Positions 25,030-36,228 of a DNA stretch of 64,000 nucleotides are shown here, piece by piece; the stretch's first letter is position 1; each line of letters opens with the position of its first letter. Under the pieces are notes generated by a model. That model was not told where the DNA came from. It saw only the letters and a list, made by a program, of their open reading frames with translations, and did no database searches. This DNA comes from Geosiphon pyriformis uo1 (lineage: Eukaryota > Fungi > Glomeromycota), in the NCBI GenBank assembly GCA_016748015.1, contig JAAOMT010000235.1, positions 1 through 64,000 of the forward strand. Direction: 5' to 3'. The translations under genes were made by a program, and so were the position numbers.

Positions 25030-27480
25030 CCAATTTGTGGAATTAATGGTTCAGAATTGTTTCTGGAATGATAGTGTTTCAGTCTGTCTCCATGTACAAC
25101 TTTTGCTAATATTTTGTTATCAAGTCTTAACTTATATGATCCATTGCCTAAAATTTCGTGAATATAAAATGGTTCATCCCATTTGTTTTCAAATTTCCCA
25201 CTCCATTGTTTTTTAGCCTTAGTTCTGTGTAAGAGAACTTTATTTCCAACTTTAAATTCGTTGGTAATAGATGGTAATTTGTTGTCATGTCTTTCTTTTT
25301 GTTGAGCTTGGGAATATTCAATATGAGCTGCTGCTATTCTTCTTTTTCCTTCCAGTGTACTAAGAAGAGTGTAGGCTCTTCTTTGGAGTGTTTCTTGAAA
25401 GTTTTCTTCATTGATTGGTTGTACTGGGTATGTTTCCACTGTGAAATTAATTGGTAATGTTGCTGTCCTTCCATAAGTAAGATCAAATGGTGTGTGTTTC
25501 ATAGTATCTTGTTTTAGTGTTCTGTATGCTAGTAACACTAATGGAATAAAGATATTCTATTCTTGTTCAAAGTCTGTTGAGACTTTGGCTAAAGATTCAC
25601 ACAATGTTCTGTTGAAATGTTCTACAAGTCTATTTGTTTGAGGGTGATAAGGTAATGATAGAGGTCTTTTGACATTGAACCATTCACAAATTTTTTGTAT
25701 CAAGTTGTTCACAAAATGTGTTTCTTAATCAGATAAAAGTTCAATTGGGCATCCATGTCTACAGATAATGTCTTCATAGATGAATTTTGCTACTGATTTT
25801 GCATCTGCTCTTTGGATAGCTCTAGCTTCAAGCCATTTGGTAAAATAATCCACTGCAACTGCAATATAACAATTTCCTTGGGTTGTGATAGGTAATGGTC
25901 CGACTAAATCAATTCCAACTCTGTCAAAAGGTTGTCCAACTTTGATTGGATTTAAAGGTTCTGTGGGGCAAATTCCTCTTCTTCTTTGGCAGTTATCACA
26001 AGATTCTACATATTGTCAAATGTTTTTTTGCATATAAGGCCAAAAATAATGTTCAAGGGTTCTTTGAATTGTTCCCTTTTTTTCCAAGTGTGCTGAAGAT
26101 GGATCTATGTACATGTTGTATAAAATTGTTTCTTTTTCATTCTCTTGTACTAATCTGAGTGGCTGGTTTGGTTTTCTGTAATTTTTATAATAAATTTTGT
26201 TCTGGTGTATGAAATATTGTTTTGATTGGTGTTGTAAGTGGTGTTTTTCACTTGGAGACCTGTTTTTTGGCATGGTAAAGGTCTCCAAATAATTTTTAAG
26301 ATTGCTGTAAATTCTGGGATCTATTCTTGTTTGGTTATTTTGTTGGTAAGTTGGTAAGTTGTAGTGGAATTGTAGTTGGTATTAATCTTGTCTCATTCTT
26401 GAGAGGCTATCAACATTGGTATGTAGTTTTCCTGGTTTGTGGTGTACAATATATCTGTAGTCTGTTAGGAAGTTATTCCATCGAGACTGTTTGGCACTTT
26501 GTTCAGTTTTCTTTTTATTGAACCATTTGAGACCAATGTTGTTCATTATTATGTCAAATTCTTTTCCATTTTTCAGATATTGTTGAAAATGTTTAAGAGC
26601 CCAAATAACTGCAGCAGCTTCTAATTCAGTTGAGCCATATTTGAGTTCTGTTGGCTTGAGTGTTCTGCTGGCATAGGCAATAACTTGTTCTTGGCCATTT
26701 TCATCCAATTGTGATAAGATGGCACCAAATGCTATGTGTAAGACATCAGTGGCTAATTGGAATTGTTTGTTGAAGTCTGGGTAAGCAAAAACTGGGGCTG
26801 TTGTCAATTTTGTTTTGAGAATTTCAAAAGCTTTTTGTTGTTCTTCAGTTCATTTGTATGGTACGTTTTTGTTGGTAAGATAATTGAGTGGTTTGGCAAT
26901 TTCTGAGAATCCTTTTATGAATTTTTGATAGTAAGAGGCTAATCCCACAAATCCTTTTAGTTCTGTAGTATNNNNNNNNNNNNNNNNNNNNNNNNNNNNN
27001 NAGTAAATGCTGTTTTGGGTCGGTTTTTTGGGTCCATTTAGACTTGCCAGTATTCACTTTTCAAGTTTAAAGTTGAGAAGAACTTGGCTTTTCCTAGAGC
27101 ATCTAGCATGTCATCAATTCTTGGAAGAGGGTAGGCATTTCCAATTATAACACTATTCAGTTGTTTATAATCAACACAGAATCTGATTTTCCCATTTTTC
27201 TTTTTAACTAAAACTACTGATGAGGCCCAAGAACTTCTTGATGGTTGAATCAATCCGTTATTGAGCATTTTTTGGACCTCTTCTCTGATGAATTGGTGGC
27301 TGGCAGGTGGCACTCGATAAGCTTGTTGATGTTTTGGTGAAGCATCTCCTATATGGATCTGATGTTGAACAATATCCATTTTTCCCAAGTCATTGTTGTC
27401 TTTTGCAAATATATCTGCAAATTCAGCTATCAATTGTTTCAATTGTCTTTGTTGTTGAGGTTCTAAGGGACCCATATTGA
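25030..27480 (-). pseudogene. Element A RT, RNase H and integrase (disrupted; part of RT lost in the gap at 26972-27001)
   Basis: RFCVDYKQLN, YPLPRIDDML, LATDV...VIAYASR...ELEAAAVIWA, VGIDLVGP, YHPQTN, GPF-like WDEPFYI...GSYKL. Confidence 0.9.
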
Positions 27481-27913
27481 TTCGAGAGAGTTTTTCTTCT
27501 AACAAGTGGTAGTTTTCAGTAGTGGGAATGATATTTGGATTTGAGAATAGAGTGTGCTTTATAATTTCGATAAAATTAGAGACAATTTGAGGGTTTTCAT
27601 CTTGAAAGATATTGCTGTGTATGATTCCAATTTCTAATTTGTTTAATAAAACAATAGGGTAATTATTGGGATTGTAGAATGTAACTCGAAATTTTTTCAT
27701 TTCTTTGGGAATATAAACATTTGGAATTGATATTTCATGCTTCAAACAGATTTGTTCATTGGATTCAAAGATTTGTTGTGTAGTGGTGGGTTTTGAGCAA
27801 GTGTAAATTTTGTGATGTTCTCCAAAAGGTGAAATGGTAATTGGCTGAGGAAGTTGAAGAATCTGGTGAAATTCATTTTGTGTATTAAGAACTATATTTA
27901 CTGGAACTGTAAA

Positions 27914-28340
27914 TCATCCAGTTGAACCAAAACCTTGAGTTTTTCTTTCACTTTTTCCCAATTGTTCTCTGTTGTTTACTGATTGTAAACCCGAAATGTT
28001 GATTAAGGGTAAGTAAATTGCTTGAGCAATTTTTTCAGCATGTTCAATTTTGAATGGTTTGTCTGTCTCATTCTGTAACATGATGGTAATGTCTCCAGTG
28101 TATCCTGCATTTATAACTTCTCCTCTAATATTGATTCCTTTACTTGCCAATGATGATCTGGAGGCAATTTGAACCATTGCTCTTGGTAGAATTTCAAGAG
28201 CAATTTTGAGATTGATTTTTGTCAAGGACTTTGGTTGGAGAACCAAAGTATCTTTTCCTGGGTATCTTAGGTCATATCCAGCATCAATTTCGTGTGCTTT
28301 TTCTGGTCTGATTCCTTGGCCATGATTGTCAAAATATTTA
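27914..28340 (-). pseudogene. dUTPase domain in pol of element A
   Basis: All five trimeric dUTPase motifs are recognisable: DAGYDL, SRSSLA, GEVINAGYTG, KIAQAI, RKTQGFGSTG. Confidence 0.92.
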
Positions 28341-28595
28341 AGTTGTAGAAGTAGTTGCTTTTCAAGAAGATAGATGGGAGTGGTTGGTAGTTTTTATACT
28401 TGTTCAAATACTCCAAATTTGATTTCATTTTTATCATTCTCATCTGGCAGAGGAATGCTAAGAGCATAACATTTTAAACACCATTGGTCATCACAAGGCA
28501 TAACACATTCTTCACACAATTGAATGTTCATTTGCTCTAATTGTTGAATTTGAGCTTCTTTGGTCGGATATGTGTGGCTTGCAATTTGGTGGTAG

Positions 28596-29213
28596 TGTTA
28601 TGGGTTGGAGTAACAAGCTAATGGATAGCAAAGGAGAACAGTATTGTATAGTGATAGAAATAAACAAAGAAGGAATTACAATAAGGGAGCGAATTGAATA
28701 AGTAAGAATTCAATGTACGTGATCAGTCTCATAAAAATCACAGTTGCTAATCTTTTCTTAAATCTGAAGGTAGAAGAATAGTCCATGATTGTCAACAAGA
28801 TAACACTGCTGCTATTATTCTATGCCTCAATTCGGCGATTCTTAGAATCAATAACAGATATCATTGTATTTTTCAATCGTTTCTTTATTCAATGAATTAC
28901 AAGAGCAAGCCAATTGCTTCTCAGGCTAATTCTAACAAATACAAATCAAGAAGGGGAAAAGATAAGGTATGTGAATGCCAACAAGTAGATACTTAAAGGT
29001 AAGGAAAGGAGAATAAGCGATTATGAGAGGAAGTAATTGATATTGTTTATTTCGTTACTTTGATCATATCTTTCTACAGCTAAGGGAATCATCGCTTATA
29101 TAGTTATCTAAAGTGGTCAATGATCACTATCTAAAAATAGAGTGGCTAATTATATGACATCAGTGGTTAATACATGTGATAATTAATAAAAACTATGTGT
29201 TTCAACTGTAACA
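28596..29213 (-). repeat. 3' LTR of B
   Basis: Direct repeat of 35547-36224; PPT GGAGAGAATAA adjacent at 29214-29224. Confidence 0.95.
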
Positions 29214-29839
29214 TTATTCTCTCCAAAGAGATTGAGCTCCAGCAAAATCAAACTATTTATGAGATAGTCTATGTGAAGGGTTTTGTCTAACTCAAAACTA
29301 ACTAGTTTGTTGAAGTCTTTTGTGGATAGAGTATATAGTACTTGAGGCAAAATAAGCTTTGTATCCAAGAGACCAAATCTTTGTATAAGAGTTCTGGCTC
29401 TTCTTGCAATAGTCAAAACTCTTGGGACATCCAATTATATAATGCCCAAAATTTCCACTTGTATCTTTGAAGTTGTTTTCTTTATGAGCTTCATGTCTTC
29501 TATGATTTCACCAAGACAACCATAGAGTTCTAGTTGTCTTCCATATGACAAGTTTTTGTCTATGAGCAAAATTTTTTGTATTGTTTTTCCAATTGTGCTG
29601 GAAGGTGAAAGTATCGCTGCTGTTATGCTTTCCAGCAGATATTTATCCATTTTGCCACCAATTCTTTCTCTTCTGGTAGTTGTTTTCTTTGGTCTAATAA
29701 CAGTATAAGTTCCACTGTTGTCTGTTATAGTGGTTTGTTTTCCAATAGTCAGAGTAGCATTTGGATAGTTCTTGATCCAGTATTCATGGAGAGTATAGAA
29801 AGCGTTTTGAATGTTTTGATCCAAGAAATAATTGTTCAT
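29183..29839 (-). pseudogene. Element B accessory ORF3 (one in-frame stop at 29435)
   Basis: ORFs 29435-29935 and 29183-29434 are in the same frame and match the open copy at 62627-63379. Confidence 0.85.
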
Positions 29840-32800
29840 GTCGATTGAAGATATCTCTGTTTTGGGAATGGTGCATTTATTTATATCTAATTTTTGCTGA
29901 TTATTTGGGCCAGTATTACCACAACAGATAACCAATCAGATCGTTTGTAATATTTCTTGAGTCATGTGCCATGAATAGGGCGATCACTGAATATTGTTCC
30001 ATATTGATCTTGTAAGATATAAGAACCATTGTTTAAAACTTTGTTGACTATAAAGGGTCCTTTCCACTGGCTAGAGAATTTATCACCATAGACATTGTCT
30101 CTGTCTGAACGGTATTCCAAAACTAAGTCACCAACATTTAAGGAAAGTGTTTTATAGGTCTTTTTCTTTTTGAGCTTCTCTTGGACCTGTTTTATCTTTT
30201 CAAAGGCAATTATCCGTGCTTTTACTAATGAGTCAAGAATGGTACCAAGTCTTCTTTGCAAAATGTTCTTGTAATCTCCTATTGTTATTTCTTCAAAAGG
30301 TATTGTTTCTATATTTGTTTCTATTGGTAGAGTTGCCATTCATCTATAGAGCAGATAAAAGAGTTCATAACTTGTTATGTTATGATTCACAGTTCTGTAA
30401 GCAAACAAGACTGAAGGCAATACTTTGTCCCATTGGTTGGTTTCTTTACTGGTTTTGGCTAGGGTTTCACATAGTGTTCTATTGAAACATTCCACTAGGC
30501 CATTTGTTTGGGGGTGATAAGGGAAAGAGAGTTTATGACGTATTTCCATTTTTCTGCAAAGTTCTTCAACCAGTGTACTAAAAAAAGCTCTTCCTCTATC
30601 AGATAAAAGTTCTTTGGGGCAGCCATGGTGACAGATAATATCTTCATAAATGAAATTGGCAATTGAGACTGCTGTTTGATCTGGAGTGGCTCTTGCTTCT
30701 ACTCACTTTGTAAGATAGTCGGTAGCTGTGATAATGTATTTGTTGCCATCAGGAGTTATTGTTAAAGGTCCAACAACATCTATACCAATTCTATCAAATA
30801 GTTGACCAACAGAGATTGGATGGATATCTTCCTTGTGATTGGGTTTTCCTCTTTTTTGGCAGGTATTACAGGTTTTGATGTATTCAGCAATGTCTTTTCT
30901 CAAGGTAGACCAATAATAGCGAGCTAAAGTTTTCTGAATTGTTTTTGTTTTTCCAAAGTGTCCAGCTAATGGATCAGTGTGCATATTGTAGATCACAATT
31001 TCTCTTTCTTCAAATCTAATGACTCTCTAAGAGCAGTCAGGATTTTTATTATTTCTTTTATATAACTGGTTCTGGCAAATCAAATAGAAATTTGATTGTT
31101 TGCACAAATGTTCTCTTTGCTGTCGAGTATAGTCCAGCGGGTATTGTCTTTTACCCAAAAATTTCATTAAAGCAGAGTAGTTGTCCAAGTTTATTATCAT
31201 GTTTGTTTGTGGGGGAGTTACAAATAATTAAGTTGGTTTGGTTTGAGATGGTTTTACTATTACTGAATGGTAAGTCTGAAAAAAGCATTGGCGTTTTGAT
31301 GATTAGCTCCTTTGTGGTGTTGAATGTCATAGTCGAATTCGTCCAAGTGAAGTATCCAGCAAGTTATCTATTTATGTTCCAGGTTTCTTTTATTGCATAG
31401 CCAAACCAAAGCTTGGTGATCTGTTACCACCAAAAATTTCACACCTTTAAGATATTTGTCTCAGTAGCTGATAGCCCAAACTACTGCTAAACATTCCTGC
31501 TCAGTAACTGAGTAGTTCCTTTCTGCTGGTGTGAGAGTTCTACTGGCATATGCTACGATGTGTTCTCTGTTATCTTCATCTTTTTAGGAAAGAACAGCAC
31601 CAAGTCTATAGCCAGATGCATCAGTGTGGAGGATAAAAGATTGATCCAAATTAGGTTGCATGAGGATGGGTTCTATAACCAGTTTTTCCTTCAGAATTTC
31701 AAATGCTTTTTGTTGATGAGTGCCCCAGTGATAATTGATGTTTTTTCTAAGTAGCTGATTAAGAGGAGCAGCAATTTTGGAGAAATTCTTGACAAACTTG
31801 TGATAATAAGAGACCAAACCAAAAAAAGAGTGTAGTTCATGAACATTTATTGGTTGTTTAATGTTTTGAACTTTTTCAATTTTGGCTGAATCAGGGAAGA
31901 TTCCATCTTTTGTAATAAGATGGCCAAGGAACTGGGTGGATTAACATCCAAAGAATGATTTGATTGGATTAATCTTGAGATCAGTATTTCTAAGGAGGTC
32001 AAAAACCTTTTGCAAATGTTCAAGGTGTTCATTCCAGGTTTTTGAGTATACCATTATGTCATCCAAGTAGACTAGAACAAAGTTTTCTTTTACTGATTCA
32101 AATACTTTGTCCATTAAGCGTTGAAATGTGGGAGGAGCATTTGTAAGACCAAAAGACATAACTGTGAATTCGTAGGTACCATACTTGGTGATGAAGGCAG
32201 TTTTTTTTCTGCTTTCTGGATCTATCTCTACTTGCCAGAATCCAGCAGTTAAGTCAATGGTTGAGAAGAAAGTGGCACCATAGAATTGGTCTAGCATTGC
32301 ATCAATCTTGGGAAGTGGATACATGTCTCTTTCAGTAATGGCATTTAATTGGTGATAGTCAACACAAAAGCATAGGGTTCCTTTTTTCTTGGATACCACT
32401 ACAACTGGGAATGCTCATTTACTCTTGGTTTCCTGTATGAATCCAAAGGTTTTCATTCGGGTTATTTCCTTTTTGATAAACTCATCATTGTGCCGGTAGG
32501 ATTGATAGGGCTTCAAATGGATGGGACAAGTTTCTCTGGTGATGATGGTGTGTTGTATCACATGTGTATGTCTAGGAGGTTCACCTTCTTTTGAGATAAC
32601 TGGGCTGTTTCTAGCCAGCAGGTTTTCAATGTCTACTTTTCTTTCTTCTGGAGAGGGTTTTCTTTGTTCTACAACCAGTGATTGGATTTCAGGTGGTTCA
32701 TTTTCAAAGGATTTTTGGACTTCTTTTATTTCCTCTCGGGATATCAAGCTGATTGGTTCCCAATCTTTGTAATAGATCAGGCAGGACATGCATTCATCAC

Positions 32801-33904
32801 TAGGAGAATACAATGGTTTGTCACACCAGCACTGGGCACAAAGACCATGCTACCAATAACTGTATTTGGCTTTCTTGCCTGGCTTTCTGTCAAAGATTCT
32901 TCTGAGCATGTCATAATAAGGCCAGCAAATCAGCTTGCCATTGACAATGATTCCTTCTTTATCTGTCTTGACATTATCCAGTGGTTTGCCATTGCTAGTG
33001 AAGATGATATAGGCGAGTTCAGCAATTTCTTCTTGTTCTTCTTGTTTTTCTTCTTCCTTACTTTCTTTATTATCTGATTCATCTGATTCATTTTCTTCTG
33101 GACTCTGCTTGTGTACTGGGGGAGTTGTCTAATGGTGACACTTAATCACAATGGGTTTCTCACCACATCTGATGGTTAGTTCACAGAGTTCATAATCAAG
33201 CAAAGCCTTTGCTTTCTTGAGCCATTCATTGCCAACAATGATGGTATATTCTTTTGCTTCAGACACTTCCATATCAGTTTCAATGCTGATGCCATTGATG
33301 CGGACAGGAATAGCTTTGGCTATGCCAAGCCCTTTTTTCTTATCACCATGCACATTGGTTATTGGTCACGTGGATGGTTCATCAATTTTTCTGCCAATTG
33401 CTTCAAGAAAGTGTTTGGCAATAACACTAACAGATGATCCACTGTCTAGAATCAAATCGATGAAGTAGCCAGCCACTTGGGCTTTACAAATTAGAGAAGT
33501 GACATTGCTATTGTCAGCAAGTCCAGCTTGACAAGGGTGTTTGTTGGTTTTGGGTGTTTTTTTCTTTAGAATCAGGGATTTGCGAAGATTTTTTCTGAAT
33601 TGTGGATGGGTCATTAATTGGCCAAAGGTTATATGTGCTGGGGTTTCCATAAAGTCTTTGATAACAGAATAGGGACCGGATTTTTGTACTATTTCTGGGG
33701 GTTCTAACTTTGGAGGGTTCTTGAAAACTTTGGCTTTTGGGAGCTTATTGTTGTCAGCAGTTGATGTAAAAGCTTTATTGGGGTCTAGAACGAAATCAAC
33801 TTTGGCTTTCTTCTTCTTTCTTGTGGATTCAGAGGAGTTGATTGCTAATTCATCCATATCATGGTCATCATCAGTTAAGTTAAAAGCGTAAAAAAGGTTT
33901 TCTT

Positions 33905-33953
33905 CTGGTTGGCTTGCACTCTCACTCTTTGGAGGTGCGCCTACCAGTTTAAA
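33905..33953 (-). promoter_or_regulatory. Programmed -1 ribosomal frameshift signal (T TTA AAC + hairpin) at the gag/pol junction of B
   Basis: gag reads CCT TTA AAC TGG TAG; the -1 frame is open into the protease ORF; hairpin GGCGCACCTC...GAGAGTGCAAGCC starts 5 nt downstream of the heptamer. Confidence 0.8.
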
Positions 33954-35523
33954 GGCTGATAAACAGTGGCTTCAACTAGGGGATCCTCTCCAAAAAAATT
34001 GATGTTGGCATGATTGGGTCTTTGGTTGGGCACATTGTTGTTGTTGATCCTGTTGTTTTGAGCATCATTGTTTCTGGGGACTGGTGGAGGCAGTGGAGGA
34101 TTGTTGCAATCTCTTGAAAAGTGTCCAGTTAATCCACAATGATAGCATACAGGTGGGCCACGATTTTGTTGTCTTTAATAAGGTGGTTGCTGGGGCTGAT
34201 TGAAGCGTGATTCAAATCTGGGTCTTTGTGGTTGCTGATTTTCTCTGACTGCTTGGGCTAAGGGTTCTAATAACCGAGCAAGATTTGCTGTGAGTCTGTT
34301 TATTAACTGTTCATTTGGATCTTAAGTGTGAGTGGCAAAAGAAGTAGCAGCCATTTGAGAGGCAGGAGCCATGACAGGAACAGGAGCAAAAACTGGTAGT
34401 GTGGATCCCAAGTGCATCCTTTGGTTGTCTTCAATTCTTTGTGCTAATTCAATGGCCATATCCATGGTGGAATTATCTTTCAGGGCCAGAAGGGGCCAAA
34501 AAGCATACAATAGATCAGTTCTCAATCCTTTTGTGAAGAAGTGAATTTTCTGCTCTTCTGTCCAATTTCTTCTAGTGTCTACTTGTTTGATTAACTTTCT
34601 GATTGCTTTGGCATATTCGGTTACAACTTCACCGGGATCTTGGGTTCTTCTTTCCAATTCCATACGCCATTTTGATATTAATATTGGGTTTTTGAACTTG
34701 TTTTCAAACCGGGTAGTAAAAGAAGTGTTGATTTCTCCCACATTTGCTGGTGTCCATCTAACGATTCTTTGCTGGGCATTGGCATCTGTTTCTTGTGAGA
34801 ACCAGGTAGCAGAGGATCCTTGAAGGTAGCCACCAACAATTTGGAACTTGTACTCATCATCATATTGATTGGCTGTAGCAGCTCTTTCAAAGTCATCCAA
34901 CCATTCAATTGGATCTTGTGCATCACCTCTAAATAATGGTATTGGGGTGTTGTTTTTTTGCCCTAGAGCAGTTTGTATACCTTGGAGGGCGGCCAGAATG
35001 TTTGCTTGCATGGGGTCATTAGCCATTGGTTCAGGGGTAACTGTTTGTGTAAACAAGTCTGATTCACTTGATAAAAGATCAAAAACAGAGGCAGTTTGGT
35101 AGCTTTCTTCTTCTGTTTCAAAGGGAGTTTTAGTTGCTTGATGGGCAGCAATTCAAATGTGGATTTGATGATTCAGATATTTGAAATCAGGGGGCTGTTG
35201 TTCAAAGGTTGCAGAATATAAGAGCTGATTGATACTGTTATTTCTTTCTTCAAAGTTGTTTTCAAAATAAGCTTGGTTAAAGTAATAGGTTGTATAAGCT
35301 GTGTAGGTTTCAGCTGAATGCTTGTTTAGGAACCAGTTCTAAAAGTCTTGGAATTGTCTACTTGATTGTTTTTCAAGGGGAAAGCAGATCAAGCAGGAGA
35401 GCAGAGGATTAAGTTCAATAAAACTTTGGTCATTTCTGTTGTGTGCTACAAAGTGTTCTTCTGATTGCTGTGGCAGATATGAGTAATCACCCATACAATG
35501 AGGGAATAAGTGAATTTTGACAA

Positions 35524-35540
35524 CCTCACAGGGAGCACCA
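35524..35540 (-). promoter_or_regulatory. Primer-binding site of B (tRNA-Ile(UAU)-like)
   Basis: TGGTGCTCCCTGTGAGG, 6 nt after the 5' LTR. Confidence 0.75.
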
Positions 35541-35546
35541 CTTTTA

Positions 35547-36224
35547 TGTTACAGATTGGAGTAACAAGCTAACGGATAGCAAGGGAGAACAGTATTGTAT
35601 GGTGATAGAAATAAACAAAGAAGGAATTACAATAAGGGAGCAAATTGAATAAGTAGGAATTCAATGTGCATGATCAGTCTCATAAAAATCACAGTTGCTA
35701 ATTTTTTCTTAAATCTGAAGGTAGAGGAATAGTCTATGATTGTCAACAAGATAACACCACTGCTATTATTTTATGCCTCAACTCGGTGATTTTTAGAATC
35801 AATAACAGGTATTGTTGTACTTTTCAATCATTTCTTTATTCAATGAATTACAAGAGCAAGCCAATTGCTTCTCAGGCTAATTCTAACAAATACAAATCAA
35901 GAAGGAGAAAAGATAAGGTATGTGAATGCTAACAAGTAGATACTTGAAGGGAAGGAAAGGGGAATAAGCAATTATGAGAAGAAGTAATTGATATTGTTTA
36001 TTTTGTTACTTTGATCATATCTTTCTACAGTTAAAGAAATCATCACTTATATAGCTATCTAAAGTGGTTAACGACCAGGTCAATGATCAGGTCAATGATC
36101 AGGTCAATAATCAGGTCATTGATTAGGTCAACAATCATTATTTAAAAATAGTGTGGCTAATTATATGACATCAGTAGCTAATACATGTGATAATTAATAA
36201 AAACTATGTGTTTCAACTGTAACA
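35547..36224 (-). repeat. 5' LTR of B
   Basis: Matches 28596-29213, plus extra 12-bp CAGGTCAATGAT units at ~36075-36135. Confidence 0.95.
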
Positions 36225-36228
36225 GTAG

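Larger units (their letters stand above)
28596..36224 (-). mobile_element. Ty3/Gypsy LTR retrotransposon B (gag, -1 frameshift, PR-RT-RH-IN, ORF3), nested in pol of A
   Basis: TGTTA...TAACA termini, GTAG TSD (28592-28595, 36225-36228), LILDSGSS protease, YLDD RT, HTDASG RNase H, H-H-C-C integrase, CYHCGLTGHFSRDC knuckle; no dUTPase seen. Confidence 0.95.

Noticed and set aside
25000-25100. Chromodomain at the integrase C-terminus
   Set aside because: Integrases end shortly after the GPY/F-like module; no chromodomain motif is seen in any element (A is partly in a gap).
29183-29935. ORF3 as a retroviral envelope glycoprotein
   Set aside because: Only ~220 aa, with no visible signal peptide or transmembrane anchor.
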